DNA of 63,650 nucleotides, the filler included, from Octopus bimaculoides (taxonomy: Eukaryota): assembly GCF_001194135.2 (NCBI RefSeq). It is 7 parts of 7 records of this genome, joined end to end, with 100 filler letters (N's around TTAATTAATTAA, not from the genome) between each part and the next. Parts side by side here need not be neighbours in the genome. Positions count along the whole stretch, not along the records: positions 61,217 to 63,650 come from NW_026414234.1; 6 more parts are not named here. One strand, 5' to 3'. This document shows positions 62,728 through 63,650 of the stretch, piece after piece (positions within the stretch are counted from its first letter, which is position 1; each line of letters starts with the position of its first letter). Made by a program: the position numbers and the translations under genes. A model generated the notes under the pieces. It did not search any database. It was given only the letters and a program-made list of their open reading frames with translations, and was not told where the DNA came from.

Positions 62728-63650
62728 NNNNNNNNNNNNNNNNNNNNNNNNNNNNNNNNNNNNNNNNNNNNNNNTTTTCTATGAATATGTGTTGTATCAT
62801 GTAGATTCCCAAAATACAAATTTTGGGGGGAAAAGTATTTTAGCAGGGGTTGGAGGAGGATTTTCGGAAAATTCACCGGAATCCACTTCAATTTGTCTTA
62901 NNNNNNNNNNGGAGGAGGATTTTCGGAAAATTCACCGGAATCCACTTCAATTTGTCTTAACTTTCAGAAAATGGATATTTTTTAATAAAATTGTCTACAA
63001 ATATACCTTGGAGTATGTAGATTCCAACCATATAGGATTTGGGGGGAAAACAATTGGGGGATGTTTCAGAACAAGTTATTCATATTTATTTCAGTTTCTC
63101 CATTTTGTGCATTTGTGCACCTGTATATAACCCTTAACCCTAGTTGTAAAATTTCAAGAAAAAATTGAAAAGTTAAGGAGTGGGTGTATTAAAATGTCTA
63201 TTTTTGCATATTCAGAATCTCCGTTGGTCACAAGGTGGGAATCCATAGAAAAAAAAGCACACATATACATATACATATATGTAATGAAAAATGTTCAAAC
63301 GAGGAATTATTNNNNNNNNNNTTCAGTATCATATTTATTTTAGAGATTATGTAACTAATTATACTTTACACTTCTATATTTAACTGTGCGTGTATATCAT
63401 ATGCAACAGATAAGTCATCTTAGTAGCATATATCTGTGTACCATACATTTAGCTGTTATTTTTAGCATGGGTTTTCTGGTGAGGGGTTCATTTGGTTCCT
63501 TGCCTGTTGCTTCAGTAGAAATCTACGGATGCACAAATGCACAAAACAGAAAATCTAACAAATATGGATGACTTGTTCTGAAACACCCCTGAATAGGGAA
63601 CAGTTCTCAAAAATAACCCCCAATTGTTTTCCCCCAAATTCCTATATGCT

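Overview
This is gappy, AT-rich, microsatellite-dense animal genomic DNA. The SINE/LINE repertoire looks like an octopus (cephalopod) assembly; this is an inference from recalled repeat families and was not searched. Six artificial 100-bp spacers (N44-TTAATTAATTAA-N44) split the window into seven scaffolds whose relative order and orientation cannot be verified. The only well-supported host gene is the 3' part of a minus-strand GH18 chitinase: four exons at 12121->12195, 9000-9122, 7367-7559 and 6087-6274, with consistent splice phases, ending in a six-cysteine CBM14 chitin-binding domain. Its 5' exons, including the catalytic DxDxE motif, are not in the called sequence. The rest is mostly mobile DNA: three or four tRNA-derived SINE families, relics of RTE, CR1 and R4/Dong LINEs, a Sola-like transposon with ~313-bp TIRs, a Merlin transposase, Tc1/mariner and hAT ends, and a Helitron 3' end, plus mini- and microsatellites. 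The most interesting signals are RNA-structural. They are a minimal type I hammerhead ribozyme inside a ~45-bp G-U-supported hairpin (32180-32303), a tRNA-headed element with inverted hammerhead-like arms (4788-5288), and several fold-back structures. Hammerheads in Penelope-like elements are known in general, so novelty for this family is unproven.
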